Part shown: positions 19,984 to 29,076 of the stretch, in pieces | Position numbering within the stretch: position 1 is the first letter of the stretch | How the letters are laid out: every line of letters starts with the position of its first letter | NCBI GenBank assembly: GCA_963754925.1 | Contig: CAVWHX010000004.1 | Coordinates: forward strand, 736,001 to 800,000 | DNA: 64,000 nt | Direction: 5' to 3' | Origin: an uncultured delta proteobacterium | Lineage (GTDB): Bacteria > Myxococcota > B64-G9 | Translations under genes and position numbers: made by a program | The notes under the pieces: model-generated | Told to the model about the DNA's origin: nothing | What the model saw: only the letters and a program-made list of their open reading frames with translations | Database searches by the model: none

Positions 19984-20282
19984 GGCAACCTCCTTACCGT
20001 GTGATTCTATAGCATTTCCCTCGAACTGCTTCACCATTAAAATAGATGATACGTAATTAGATCTATATATTCTTCCTAAACCTTTAAACAATTCCAGAAG
20101 AAGCGGGATTATCGTTAACAAATTGTTATAACCTATCCCATTTCGTTTTATTATTTTGAATAACGAGTCCTAGATAGCTGCTCATAAATATAGATCACTA
20201 GCAATAATAAATAGTTATATATATCAAGCGACACTTCTGGTTTTCTGTATTTGCCTCAACATCCAACTAAGGAGGTCGCCCG

Positions 20283-20438
20283 ATGAATGACAGTATACAC
20301 AAACTGTGTCGCGCTTCCAAAAGAAGATTACGGCGTGCCATTCGGAAGTCAAAGAATGCCGAACTGGTTCGAAGAGCTACCACGTTAAGGCCCCTGCATT
20401 TCAGGGGGATTAAAAGCGGAGGATTAAATGGGCTATAA
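20283..20438 (+). other. 51-codon ORF with perfect SD, possible transposase N-terminal remnant
   Basis: TAAGGAGGT (20268-20276) then MNDSIHKLCRASKRRLRRAIRKSKNAELVRRAT...; basic helical pattern reminiscent of IS630-type N-termini. Confidence 0.3.
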
Positions 20439-20541
20439 AAATTCCATCCCGGTGGTATATCATTTTGATTCGAAGAACCACCGAGGATTTGATTGGGTAC
20501 TGGAAGGCCTAAATAATTAAAAATTTGTTTGATAAAATTCG

Positions 20542-21852
20542 TTATGGGATCGCATTTTTTGTTATTAGAGTTTGGGGGTGGGAGCTTATTTGGTATAAGG
20601 GGTGGGAGGTGGTCCAAGGGGTTTGTTGAAGGTATATCAGTATCATACCCAGGTTGAAGATTGAAACTGCCAAGGGGATTGTGATAGGAGTAGGTATATA
20701 AGACCCTGTGCCGTTTACATCAATGAGGTTAATTGGATCGTCTATCACATACCCATACAGATTTGAATCACCTCCTGAAAACATAATCGGATCTTTCGCT
20801 GTCCACCTTCCAATCACCGGGTCGTAATCCCTTGCCCCGAACCGAACGAGGCCAGTGTCTCTATCATACAGACCACCCGCGAACCCAAAGGGTTGGAAGC
20901 CGGGGTTGGTGTCGGAAGTGACATTCCCGAACTCGTCGTAATTCATCTGCTGAGCAATTGCTCCGGTGCTTGTGTTTACAACGAAGCGCGGACTGCCCAA
21001 GTGGTCGGTGATGATCTGGTATGTCTGTCCTCCTTGGATCATATACTCAGGTACATTCACCTTGGTTCCATAAACAAACTGACTTACGAGAATACCGCTT
21101 CCATCCAGTTCAGCAACTATTCGTAGCTGCCCGTCGTACAAGAATCCTTGTGTCAACACGCTGTTTACCTTTTTGCCTACCCTCCGGTTGCGGCCGTCGA
21201 TCACGTAGTCGATGGTATTTCCGTTAGGCAAAGTCACTGTTCGAAGATTGCCGAAGACATCGTATTGATAGTTGGTGGTCTGACTGTTGGCGGTCTCGCT
21301 CAGAAGGTCGCCATTGAGCGTGTATTGGTATGTCGTTATCCCGTATGCGGTCATTCGATCTTGATTGTCGTACGTACCGGTGACATCAGCGCCGATTGAG
21401 CATTGTGTTGCCGGCTGGCACTGAATGTTGGCGGCGCATTGGCGACTCAATGTTCGGTTGGAGTTGCCGTCGTATTCATAATGTGTCTGACGCAGGCCGT
21501 TTACACAAACCTCAGTCAATCGGCCAGCTAGATCATACTCGTAATTGTACGTGGTGGCAGTACCATTGATAGTTTCAGTCTTTTGGGTAATTCGACCCAG
21601 TTGGTCGCGGACGAACCCGAAATCAATCGTGTTGCTCGGGAAAGCCGTGTGTAGCAACACCGGCTCACCAAAGTTATTATAGTTGTTCGAGGTGGTAACC
21701 GAATCCAATGTTGTTCCCGTGACCATACCGTTGGATGGATCGCGGCCGATGGTAAGCGCACCCGCGCCGGTCAAAAATCCATCAATGTCATAGGCTAAGT
21801 ATAGCTCAAAACACCGCCGTAATCCTGCAAAGATAACTTCATTTTTTTCCAC
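20542..21852 (-). pseudogene. Orphan (N-terminally truncated) RHS repeat-associated core protein with variable C-terminal tip
   Basis: YD repeats (YEYDLAGRL, YEYDGNSNR, YQYDVFGNL), TDHLGSPR, PFGFAGGLYDRDTGLVRFGARDYDPVIGRWTAKDP, DPINLIDVNG; no full N-terminus; the tip probably continues in the 20267-20617 frame. Confidence 0.88.
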
Positions 21853-22097
21853 GTTTTTCTTAATATTCTCTCTGCGAGACCATAATAGAGTCCCTTTCTA
21901 TCTTCTTCAGTCATTTTTCTTTCGCTAATTCTTTTTGCTCCTTTAACCACCTCATACAATACGACAACAGAGACAATAAAAATTATTAATATCTTCAATG
22001 CGGATGCCAATTCTTGATTGGAAGTGTACTCAGAAAAAATGAATACAACCGATAATAATAAAAACAATGTGATGTAGACTGATATAATTTTTAACAT
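21795..22097 (-). CDS. Small AT-rich membrane protein, candidate RHS immunity protein
   Basis: Two hydrophobic segments; starts 8 nt after the stop of an RHS-tip-like fragment. Confidence 0.5.
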   Translation of the reverse strand: MLKIISVYITLFLLLSVVFIFSEYTSNQELASALKILIIFIVSVVVLYEVVKGAKRISERKMTEEDRKGLYYGLAERILRKTWKKMKLSLQDYGGVLSYT

Positions 22098-22105
22098 GAT
22101 TTTCT

Positions 22106-22384
22106 CTACCTAAAAGCACAGACGACAGAACAGCGTCCGAGCGTTCCTATCGCATAACCACTTCCTAGCGCAGCAACAACACCAACTGTTGTAAGTGCCG
22201 CACTTCCAACAGAGATACCACCAGAAATCCATGGAAGTAATTCAGCGCTTGTTGTTGCACTTGTACAATAAGCTCCTAAATAACCTCCGGTTAAAGCTCC
22301 ACCATATTCAGCAAAAGTTAATGCGCCATCAGCTGCAGGTAAGTTTCCGATAGAAAAAGCCGCTCCTGCAGCAGTTAGTCCACC
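22106..22384 (-). pseudogene. Gly/Ala-rich C-terminal fragment (probable RHS toxin tip) cut by IS3
   Basis: GGLTAAGAAFSIG...GYAIGTLGRCSVVC; the reading frame runs into the IS3 terminal repeat at 22385. Confidence 0.5.
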
Positions 22385-22413
22385 TGACCTGCCCCCGTTC
22401 ATAGGACCACTCT

Positions 22414-23325
22414 CTATGAGAGTTGTTCATGGTTAACCATCGTTCCTTTATCCATAGCAACACCAGTTTTCAGAGCGAAGGGAGCCGGAGGCGACCGAAG
22501 CTCTGAAAACTGTCGCGCGAACTCCGCCGGTGTCTCCTGTCCCAGCGAACTGTGCGGCCGCACATGATTGTAATCCATCCGCCATGATTCGATTTTATTA
22601 CGAGCATCTTGTAGATTTATAAACCAATGTTGATTGAGACATTCATCTCGAAATTTGCCGTTGAAGCTTTCGATCAAGGCATTCTGCACCGGCTTGCCCG
22701 GCTCGATAAAATGCAACTGCACCCCATGCCGGTACGCCCAGAGGTCCAGCGCGCGACTCGTGAACTCCGGACCGTTATCCGTCACCATCGCTTCGGGATA
22801 CCTACCCCGTTCAGCGGCAATATCGTCCAAAATCCTGGCCACCCGGCTGCCGGAAATGGACGTGTCCACGGGTAAGGCAAGACTCTCTCGACTGAATTCA
22901 TCCAGCACGCTCAACACCTTCAACCGTCGCCCATCTGAGAGACAATCAGATAGAAAATCCATCGACCATCGCTCGTTGAGTCCTTCCGGAAGACGCAGCG
23001 GCTGCCGCGCGATGCTCCGGTATCTCTTGCGCTGCTTCTTCCTCACGCTCAATCCCTCTTGCCGATACAGCCGATACACCCGCTTGTGATTCACCACATA
23101 CCCTTCCCGCCGCAATAACACCTGCAACCGTCGATATCCGAAGCGTACCCGCTGCGCCGCAAGCTCTAAAAGACGCTCCCGCAACTGCGGATACAGTTGG
23201 CCTACCGAACGGTACCGAAAGCTCGATCGCCCGATCCTCATCAGCCCGCAGGCGCGTCGTTCGCTCACCCCAAATTCCTCGCGGGCATGCACAACGGCCT
23301 GCTTTCGCGCTGCGGGCTTCACCAT
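22414..23325 (-). CDS. IS3 transposase OrfB (rve, DDE)
   Basis: SERRAC, FGYRRL, NHKRVYRLY, WSMDF, DNGPEF, PGKPVQNALIESFNGKFRDECLN, YN..RPHSSLG. Confidence 0.95.
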   Translation of the reverse strand: MVKPAARKQAVVHAREEFGVSERRACGLMRIGRSSFRYRSVGQLYPQLRERLLELAAQRVRFGYRRLQVLLRREGYVVNHKRVYRLYRQEGLSVRKKQRKRYRSIARQPLRLPEGLNERWSMDFLSDCLSDGRRLKVLSVLDEFSRESLALPVDTSISGSRVARILDDIAAERGRYPEAMVTDNGPEFTSRALDLWAYRHGVQLHFIEPGKPVQNALIESFNGKFRDECLNQHWFINLQDARNKIESWRMDYNHVRPHSSLGQETPAEFARQFSELRSPPAPFALKTGVAMDKGTMVNHEQLS

Positions 23326-23585
23326 TTTCTTGAGTTGATATCCCTCAAGATCTGGTTGTCGAGAGTGAGATCGGCCACGGCCCGCTTCAGCCTTCGGTTT
23401 TCTTCCTCAAGCTGCTTCAGCCGCCGCGCCTCGCTGACGTCCATCCCGCCGTACTTGGATTTCCAACGGTAGTACGTTTGTTCGCAGAAGCCATGTGTGC
23501 GACAGAGATCAGACAGCTTCACCCCCGCTTCGGCTTCTTTCAATATCCCGATGATCTTATCCTCAGAAAACCGTTTCCCTTTCAT
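23319..23585 (-). CDS. IS3 transposase OrfA (HTH)
   Basis: KRFSEDKIIGILKEAEAG, TYYRWKSKYGGM, RLKQLEEENRRLK; overlaps orfB in the -1 frame. Confidence 0.95.
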   Translation of the reverse strand: MKGKRFSEDKIIGILKEAEAGVKLSDLCRTHGFCEQTYYRWKSKYGGMDVSEARRLKQLEEENRRLKRAVADLTLDNQILRDINSRKW

Positions 23586-23682
23586 TGAGCAAGCTCCTTT
23601 CCGGCATTCTAGCCGAAGGAACTCTCATTGAAAATGGTCCAGTTTTCGGGGGGCACGTCACATGTTCACACCTATTTAGACT

Positions 23683-24441
23683 CTATTTTGTTGGCCACTC
23701 TATCAGTGGTTTATCTTTAGCATTGACAAAACTTATACCACCGATGCGAATAATGTCCTCAAGTGAAAGGTCGCCAGCAAGAGCTTGAATAATATGAGGA
23801 ATTATATCTCCATATATTCTCTCGAAATTCATTTTTGTAACGTGATCCAATTTTAGTTTTCGCTTCACATTACGGCCCTTAAGTTCTTTCTGTATCCTCT
23901 TTAAACTGGGCTCGTCAAATTGGTACTCGAATCCATTTTCGTTGATTAGGACCTGAACTTTCAAGGGCTCTTCTCTTCTAAGCGAATTGTCAAATGGTTC
24001 TCTAGTAGTTAACGGTTTCTCTCTTAATATTGCTATGACGTGCTTGCATAGTATGTCGTAATCCTTTAATTCATCACCAATTTCACTGAGGATCATGCCA
24101 AATCGAATTCCGACTCCGTCAATAATCTCTATTCTAGGCCAGGAATGATCGGTGATTCTCTTTCTAAATTCTTTTAATGCTGCTTCTATACTTGTGATCT
24201 CTTTTTCATCTTTTGCGACTACGTCTAGATAAGCAATCACCACATTAGCTGGGGGGATTTCATATTTTGCTCCAACAAGAATGCCAGGATGTTGCTCGGC
24301 GATAAGGGCAACATTTGGTTCATCCCAGGAAATATCTTTCAAATTAATTTCACGATGCCGGTAAATAAAAGCGTTAATACCAAATACATCCTTCTTTGTC
24401 TTCAAGTTCAACGATTTCACTTTATGGGCAGCAGTATACAT
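23683..24441 (-). CDS. Hypothetical protein (third gene of NTase-like/XRE operon)
   Basis: 252-aa ORF with SD AAGGAGG; start overlaps the XRE gene end by 20 nt; no family recognised. Confidence 0.75.
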   Translation of the reverse strand: MYTAAHKVKSLNLKTKKDVFGINAFIYRHREINLKDISWDEPNVALIAEQHPGILVGAKYEIPPANVVIAYLDVVAKDEKEITSIEAALKEFRKRITDHSWPRIEIIDGVGIRFGMILSEIGDELKDYDILCKHVIAILREKPLTTREPFDNSLRREEPLKVQVLINENGFEYQFDEPSLKRIQKELKGRNVKRKLKLDHVTKMNFERIYGDIIPHIIQALAGDLSLEDIIRIGGISFVNAKDKPLIEWPTK

Positions 24442-24964
24442 AAGGAGCCTCCTTCAATTGCCTCACGGGACTTTGAGGCGCGCCGCGTGGATCTCTCTCA
24501 CATATTTCGGTTATGGTTGTTGAGAATTCTTTAGGTTTCTGTATTGGCTGATCAATTTTGCTTCGCAAATTGACCCCTAGAACGTCCATTATACGGCTCG
24601 CTCGCTCAACGGTAATACCATGATACTCGTTCCGCTCGTCACGAGACACCTGTGTCTCGTGGACGCCGAGCTTGTCAGCTAATTCACGTTGAGTAAGTCC
24701 ACGCGCTATGCGAAGCGCAATAAGTGTGAATCCCAAGCCGTGAAGGTTCTCGATTTCCTTTATGTCGCCTCTTTTGAGCCGTTCGTAACTATCGACCTCC
24801 TCGACGAGCTGCTCATGGAATGAAATCAGAGGATCAAGCGCTCTCTTGATCTCTTTTTTTCCGAGCTTCATTTCCGACAACCGTTCGCGGTGCTTGGAAA
24901 GTCGTTCGCTCTCATCTTGGAGACGCCGAACCGCTTCTTGGTACTCACTCTCATTGCGGATCAT
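24422..24964 (-). CDS. XRE-family HTH protein (HigA-like antitoxin architecture)
   Basis: MIRNESEYQEA N-terminus; LIALRIARGLTQRELADKLGVHETQVSRDERNEY HTH. Confidence 0.88.
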   Translation of the reverse strand: MIRNESEYQEAVRRLQDESERLSKHRERLSEMKLGKKEIKRALDPLISFHEQLVEEVDSYERLKRGDIKEIENLHGLGFTLIALRIARGLTQRELADKLGVHETQVSRDERNEYHGITVERASRIMDVLGVNLRSKIDQPIQKPKEFSTTITEICERDPRGAPQSPVRQLKEAPYVYCCP

Positions 24965-25548
24965 GGCCGGCCTCCTTTCTTGACTTTAACAATGCCCTTT
25001 TGTCTTCCGTCCCTGCGAGAGATCCTAAACGCCGAAGGGAACTCAAGTTCGTTGCCATACTTGTCGAGGATTCCCGAAAATTGACCATAGTGTGGGTATA
25101 GCTCGATTCTATAGACGTGCCACATGGGAAGCTGTTTTTTCGGGTAACCGCGAAAAGGACGGCGTGTCTCGGGATCCCATGTCCAAACCTTGTGAGGGTC
25201 TTTCAAGTTCAGCTTCCTTTCAAGATTGCCCGTTGCGAACTCCCTCACGTCAAAGACGAAGTAACCATCGATATCGTTGGGGTGTTCCTTGTCCTCAACG
25301 AATGAACCGTTGATGAATATCTCGGCGATACCGACGTCCCAAAGTTGATTGACCATGACCTTCAGATTGTCGACAAGCTTGGATCGCCATTCTCTGTCCC
25401 AATTAGGATGAGACGGCCCTGGTCCCATGACCAACGTTGAAGACATAATCTCCTCGAAGGTCATCTCGTAGTCGCCGGGAGGAAGCAATCCGTCTTCTGT
25501 AAATTGTGGTAGCATACCTGAGCTTCGATGTATCTTCATTTCAAGCAC
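24961..25548 (-). CDS. Nucleotidyltransferase-like protein (DUF6932-like)
   Basis: PQFTEDGLLPPGDY N-terminus; FINGSFV..K..PNDID (GS + DxD); ATGA overlap with the XRE gene; start may be 25539 or 25515. Confidence 0.75.
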   Translation of the reverse strand: MLEMKIHRSSGMLPQFTEDGLLPPGDYEMTFEEIMSSTLVMGPGPSHPNWDREWRSKLVDNLKVMVNQLWDVGIAEIFINGSFVEDKEHPNDIDGYFVFDVREFATGNLERKLNLKDPHKVWTWDPETRRPFRGYPKKQLPMWHVYRIELYPHYGQFSGILDKYGNELEFPSAFRISRRDGRQKGIVKVKKGGRP

Positions 25549-25562
25549 CAGACCACATAGAC

Positions 25563-25591
25563 AATGTAGTATTTCTAGACATATTTGTCAA
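25563..25591 (-). promoter_or_regulatory. sigma70-type promoter for the three-gene operon with overlapping inverted repeat
   Basis: TTGACA-17 nt-TACATT on the minus strand; GACA-TATT-TGTC (25578-25589) overlaps the -35. Confidence 0.65.
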
Positions 25592-25641
25592 GTATTATTT
25601 TAGTGACTAAATTATTAGTTGACAGCTGCCACAAGCGCACT

Positions 25642-27012
25642 TGTCGCTCCTCAAAATAGATCCGGCTTGATAACCGGCTGCTTGTAAAGCTGTTTTCTTG
25701 CGTTACTTGATTCATTAAAAGAATCATTTCCAGATGCTCTCTTCCATCATTCTCTTGCTGAAAACAGGTTTGCAGACCCTGCGTTCACTCTTTCAATCCC
25801 GGAAAGATCTGGCCTTAGAGAATCTGGCCCTCCGTCAGCAACTGGCCATCCTGGTCCAGAAGCAATCACACCCCAGATTAAGAGGTCCGGACAGGTTCTT
25901 TTGGGTGCTTCTGAGCAGGGTATGGTCTCGGTGGAAGGAACACCTCGTCATCGTGAAACCGGACACGGTCGTACGATGGCATCGAAAAGGATTCCGTCTG
26001 TACTGGCGATGGATATCCAATCGAGGCAGGAAAACAGGCCGTCTCCGCATCAGCAATGAGATCCGAATGCTTATCTTCAAAATGATCAACGAGAACCACT
26101 GGGGTGCGCCAAGAATCCATGGGGAGTTACTCAAGCTCGGGTACGTTGTAGGACAAGCAACTATTTCCAGGCTCATGCCACGAACGTCACCTGATACTGA
26201 CAAAAGCCAACGCTGGAAGACCTTTCTGAAAAACCACAGCGATATACTCGCGGCTATGGATTTCTTTGTTGTGCCGACAGCTATTTTCGGTTTGCTCTAT
26301 GGACTCTTCATCATCCACCATGGCCGGAGAAAAATCCTCCACTTCAATGCCACCGCTAACCCCACCGCAGATTGGGTCGTCCAGCAATTCAGGGAGGCCT
26401 TCCCGTACGAGACATCGGTTAAGTATCTCATTCTGGATCGGGATTGCATATTCAACTCCAAGGTGCTGGCCGGCATGCGTGCGATGGGTATTGAGCCGGT
26501 CAAGACCTCTGTACGGCACCCACAAGAAAACGGCATTGCTGAACGATGGATTGGAAGTTGCCGACGAGAGCTGCTGGATCGCGTGATCGTTCTGAATGAA
26601 AGCCATTTGCGGAGACTGGTACGTGCCTACATACAGTATTACAACCAGGACCGAACGCACTTGTCCTTGGATAAAGATGCGCCTGAATCTCGGGCTGCAA
26701 CTTCAAAACCGTCAACACAAGCCAAGGTCGTCGCTGTGCCAAGAATTGGCGGACTTCATCATCGCTACGAATGGAAAGCCGCCGCATAGGGCAGGTCGGG
26801 CAACCCGCTGTTCGGATGTAGCTGTTTACGATGGCACAGGATGGCTACGCTCTAGATTCTGGAAGTGCACCTTTGGTAGGAATGACTGCAAAGCTTTAAA
26901 TTCTGTTCCAGCTCCAGCTTCCACCTCAATCAATGAGAATTTCGGATTCTAAGGAAAGCATTTAAGGTACCTCGCGATTATTAACGCGCCGTAAGAGTTT
27001 TGATAAGATACA
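25642..27012 (+). mobile_element. Single-ORF rve/integrase-core transposon-like element 1
   Basis: Left end TGTCGCTCCTCAAAA (25642-25656) and right end TTTTGATAAGATACA (26998-27012) form an 11/15 inverted repeat around the transposase. Confidence 0.6.
25734..26789 (+). CDS. Integrase-core (rve) domain transposase
   Basis: LENLALRQQL, VKPDTVVRWHR, WGAPRIHGEL, MDFF, LILDRD, NGIAERWIGSCRRELLD, YYN..RTH, GGLHHRY. Confidence 0.9.
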   Translation: MLSSIILLLKTGLQTLRSLFQSRKDLALENLALRQQLAILVQKQSHPRLRGPDRFFWVLLSRVWSRWKEHLVIVKPDTVVRWHRKGFRLYWRWISNRGRKTGRLRISNEIRMLIFKMINENHWGAPRIHGELLKLGYVVGQATISRLMPRTSPDTDKSQRWKTFLKNHSDILAAMDFFVVPTAIFGLLYGLFIIHHGRRKILHFNATANPTADWVVQQFREAFPYETSVKYLILDRDCIFNSKVLAGMRAMGIEPVKTSVRHPQENGIAERWIGSCRRELLDRVIVLNESHLRRLVRAYIQYYNQDRTHLSLDKDAPESRAATSKPSTQAKVVAVPRIGGLHHRYEWKAAA

Positions 27013-27146
27013 GGTCTACCCTCTATTCGACGAGGTCATTTTTTGATATAATTGAAATAATTTATTTCTATAGTTAAGGAGCTCATGGCAAAAGGAGCAC
27101 CTCAAGAATTGAATCGCTACGCCAGGGGGGGATAGAGGAGGATCCC

Positions 27147-28952
27147 ATGCGTTGGTCAATCATATTTGCTCTGTTGTTAAGCTTTTGTGCGTGTACCGGC
27201 GGCGTAAAGGGCCTTTCTGGGCCATGCAAAAATGTAGATTGCGGTTCACATGGCCAATGCACTGCGGATAACGGCACAGCCGCGTGCATCTGCGATACGG
27301 GATATCAAACGAACGGGTTAACCTGTGTGGTCGACAATGCGAACCCTTGCGGAAATGTTGATTGTGGGTCGCACGGCACCTGCTCTGCGGACAGCGGCAC
27401 GGCCGCATGCACCTGTGATACTGGATATCACGCAGACGGACTGTCCTGCGTAGCCAACCTGAGTGGAACTTCTCTATCCCAATATGGCATTACCTGGACG
27501 TTCGATAAGGAATACCAGTATGGACAGTTTGTAACTGGGGATTATTGGGTAATTGGACCGGTGACGATTATAAGTATTAACCCGCCATCTATGCCGACTA
27601 CGGGAGTTATGACGGTAAACAGCTGGACGCCGGGAACTGGAACCGGATACATTACCCGTACTCTCAATGGTTCTGAATTAAATCCAACCCCCCGATTAGT
27701 AATAGCATCCAATGGAGCGGCAAGTAATGTGTATGATGGCCCACGGCAAGGATATGATAGCGAAATGTATGCTTGGCATGATCCTGAAGGTAGAATTTAT
27801 TCACCTGATTATGATGCGACTTTAAATGTTGCCCTAAATGTATCGAGTCAAAATCCTTTGGTTTTGTCTGCCGGATCGTCGTTGGTATCAACCGTTAGTA
27901 GGGCGGGTGGCGGGTATAGCCAGCTTACCGATGAAGCAGGTTTAACGGTTCTTGCAGCTGCACCCCCCGCTGGTAGTTTTAGACCACCTTATGCTGGAAC
28001 CGATAAGTCTATCAATTTTAATAGTTCGGACATGAATTTGAATCTATTGCCTTCACTTTCTGCAAGCGGTTTAACGACAACACTTTCCTGGTATCCAACT
28101 GCAACCGCACTTTTAGCGGCTTTAAACAGGCCAGGATTGGATCATTTTAATAATCTTGGCGGTACTGTTCAGTATAATTCGGCCGGAAATAATCAACCGG
28201 ATTATGGACGTGACTACTCTTCGTGGATGGGAGAGGCAGCATTGATGTTAATGCTTGATCCAACTGAATTGAATTTCACATTCGGGATAACACGGCAGGC
28301 CCTTGCTATTGCGATGTGTCAACGGGGAATTGATTTAATGGGAGTACTTAATGTCAATGGATTCTTCCCTGCCGGTGGTGATTTGAATTATGGAAGGAAA
28401 CTGCCTATAATGTTGGCCGGTATTTTGTTCAGTAATAATACAATGAAAAATGTGAATGGTGCTCTTAACGCGAGCCCCGCATGGACGGGAGTTCATATAT
28501 GGAATGCTATCACACATAAGTTTGCTGAATCAGAAGCATTTTTTTATGTTTCTCAATCAGATGTTGATAGCGGTATTGGCGGTTATGCCTTGTCTGATAT
28601 AGGCCTTCCCGAATGGGGAGAAATACATGAATTAACTCCCGCCCATGATACCAACGCTTATACTGGAACATATAGAACATTGGTGACTGAAAGTATGGCG
28701 GGCCATGCCCTGGTTTGCATGATGATGGAATCTTCAGCATCTATGATGACATTGTGGAATGATCCAGCATTTTTCGATCATCAGGACAGGGCGATGGCAT
28801 ATTGGGCACAGGGAACAGTTGAAAGACAGATATCAAGATTTACTGAATCCATGTGGGATGCCTACCGGGCCAGTTATGGCGATTGTTACACTGGGCTTAC
28901 GAATAATGTTCGTCAATACGGAGATTGTAAAGCTGCTGGTGTTGTTAAATGA
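27147..28952 (+). CDS. Secreted/lipoprotein with two EGF-like repeats and a large C-terminal domain of unknown function
   Basis: SD GAGGAGG; signal ...LLLSFCAC; two PC.NVDCGSHG.C.AD.GTAAC.CDTGY...GL.C repeats; then SQYGITWTFD...GQFVTGDYWV domain. Confidence 0.8.
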   Translation: MRWSIIFALLLSFCACTGGVKGLSGPCKNVDCGSHGQCTADNGTAACICDTGYQTNGLTCVVDNANPCGNVDCGSHGTCSADSGTAACTCDTGYHADGLSCVANLSGTSLSQYGITWTFDKEYQYGQFVTGDYWVIGPVTIISINPPSMPTTGVMTVNSWTPGTGTGYITRTLNGSELNPTPRLVIASNGAASNVYDGPRQGYDSEMYAWHDPEGRIYSPDYDATLNVALNVSSQNPLVLSAGSSLVSTVSRAGGGYSQLTDEAGLTVLAAAPPAGSFRPPYAGTDKSINFNSSDMNLNLLPSLSASGLTTTLSWYPTATALLAALNRPGLDHFNNLGGTVQYNSAGNNQPDYGRDYSSWMGEAALMLMLDPTELNFTFGITRQALAIAMCQRGIDLMGVLNVNGFFPAGGDLNYGRKLPIMLAGILFSNNTMKNVNGALNASPAWTGVHIWNAITHKFAESEAFFYVSQSDVDSGIGGYALSDIGLPEWGEIHELTPAHDTNAYTGTYRTLVTESMAGHALVCMMMESSASMMTLWNDPAFFDHQDRAMAYWAQGTVERQISRFTESMWDAYRASYGDCYTGLTNNVRQYGDCKAAGVVK

Positions 28953-29076
28953 AAAGATCAACACCAGGGTCATGCCTTCGGAATCGATTGTAGGTTAAAC
29001 TTCAACAAAGGTACAGAAAGTTCCACAGAATTAGGCTCCTTACATTCGTGTCACCAGCCGCCATCTGGATCACAAA

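Larger units (their letters stand above)
22385..23660 (-). mobile_element. IS3-family insertion sequence (IS407-group-like), 1276 bp
   Basis: Terminal IRs TGACCTGCCCCC...GGACCA...ATGAGAGT and TGACGTGCCCCC...GGACCA...ATGAGAGT; orfA/orfB arrangement; no target duplication seen. Confidence 0.93.

Noticed and set aside
19984..20121. 46-aa N-terminal extension of ankyrin copy 1 in the ORF track
   Set aside because: Strong SD, signal peptide and the paralogue all place the start at 19983
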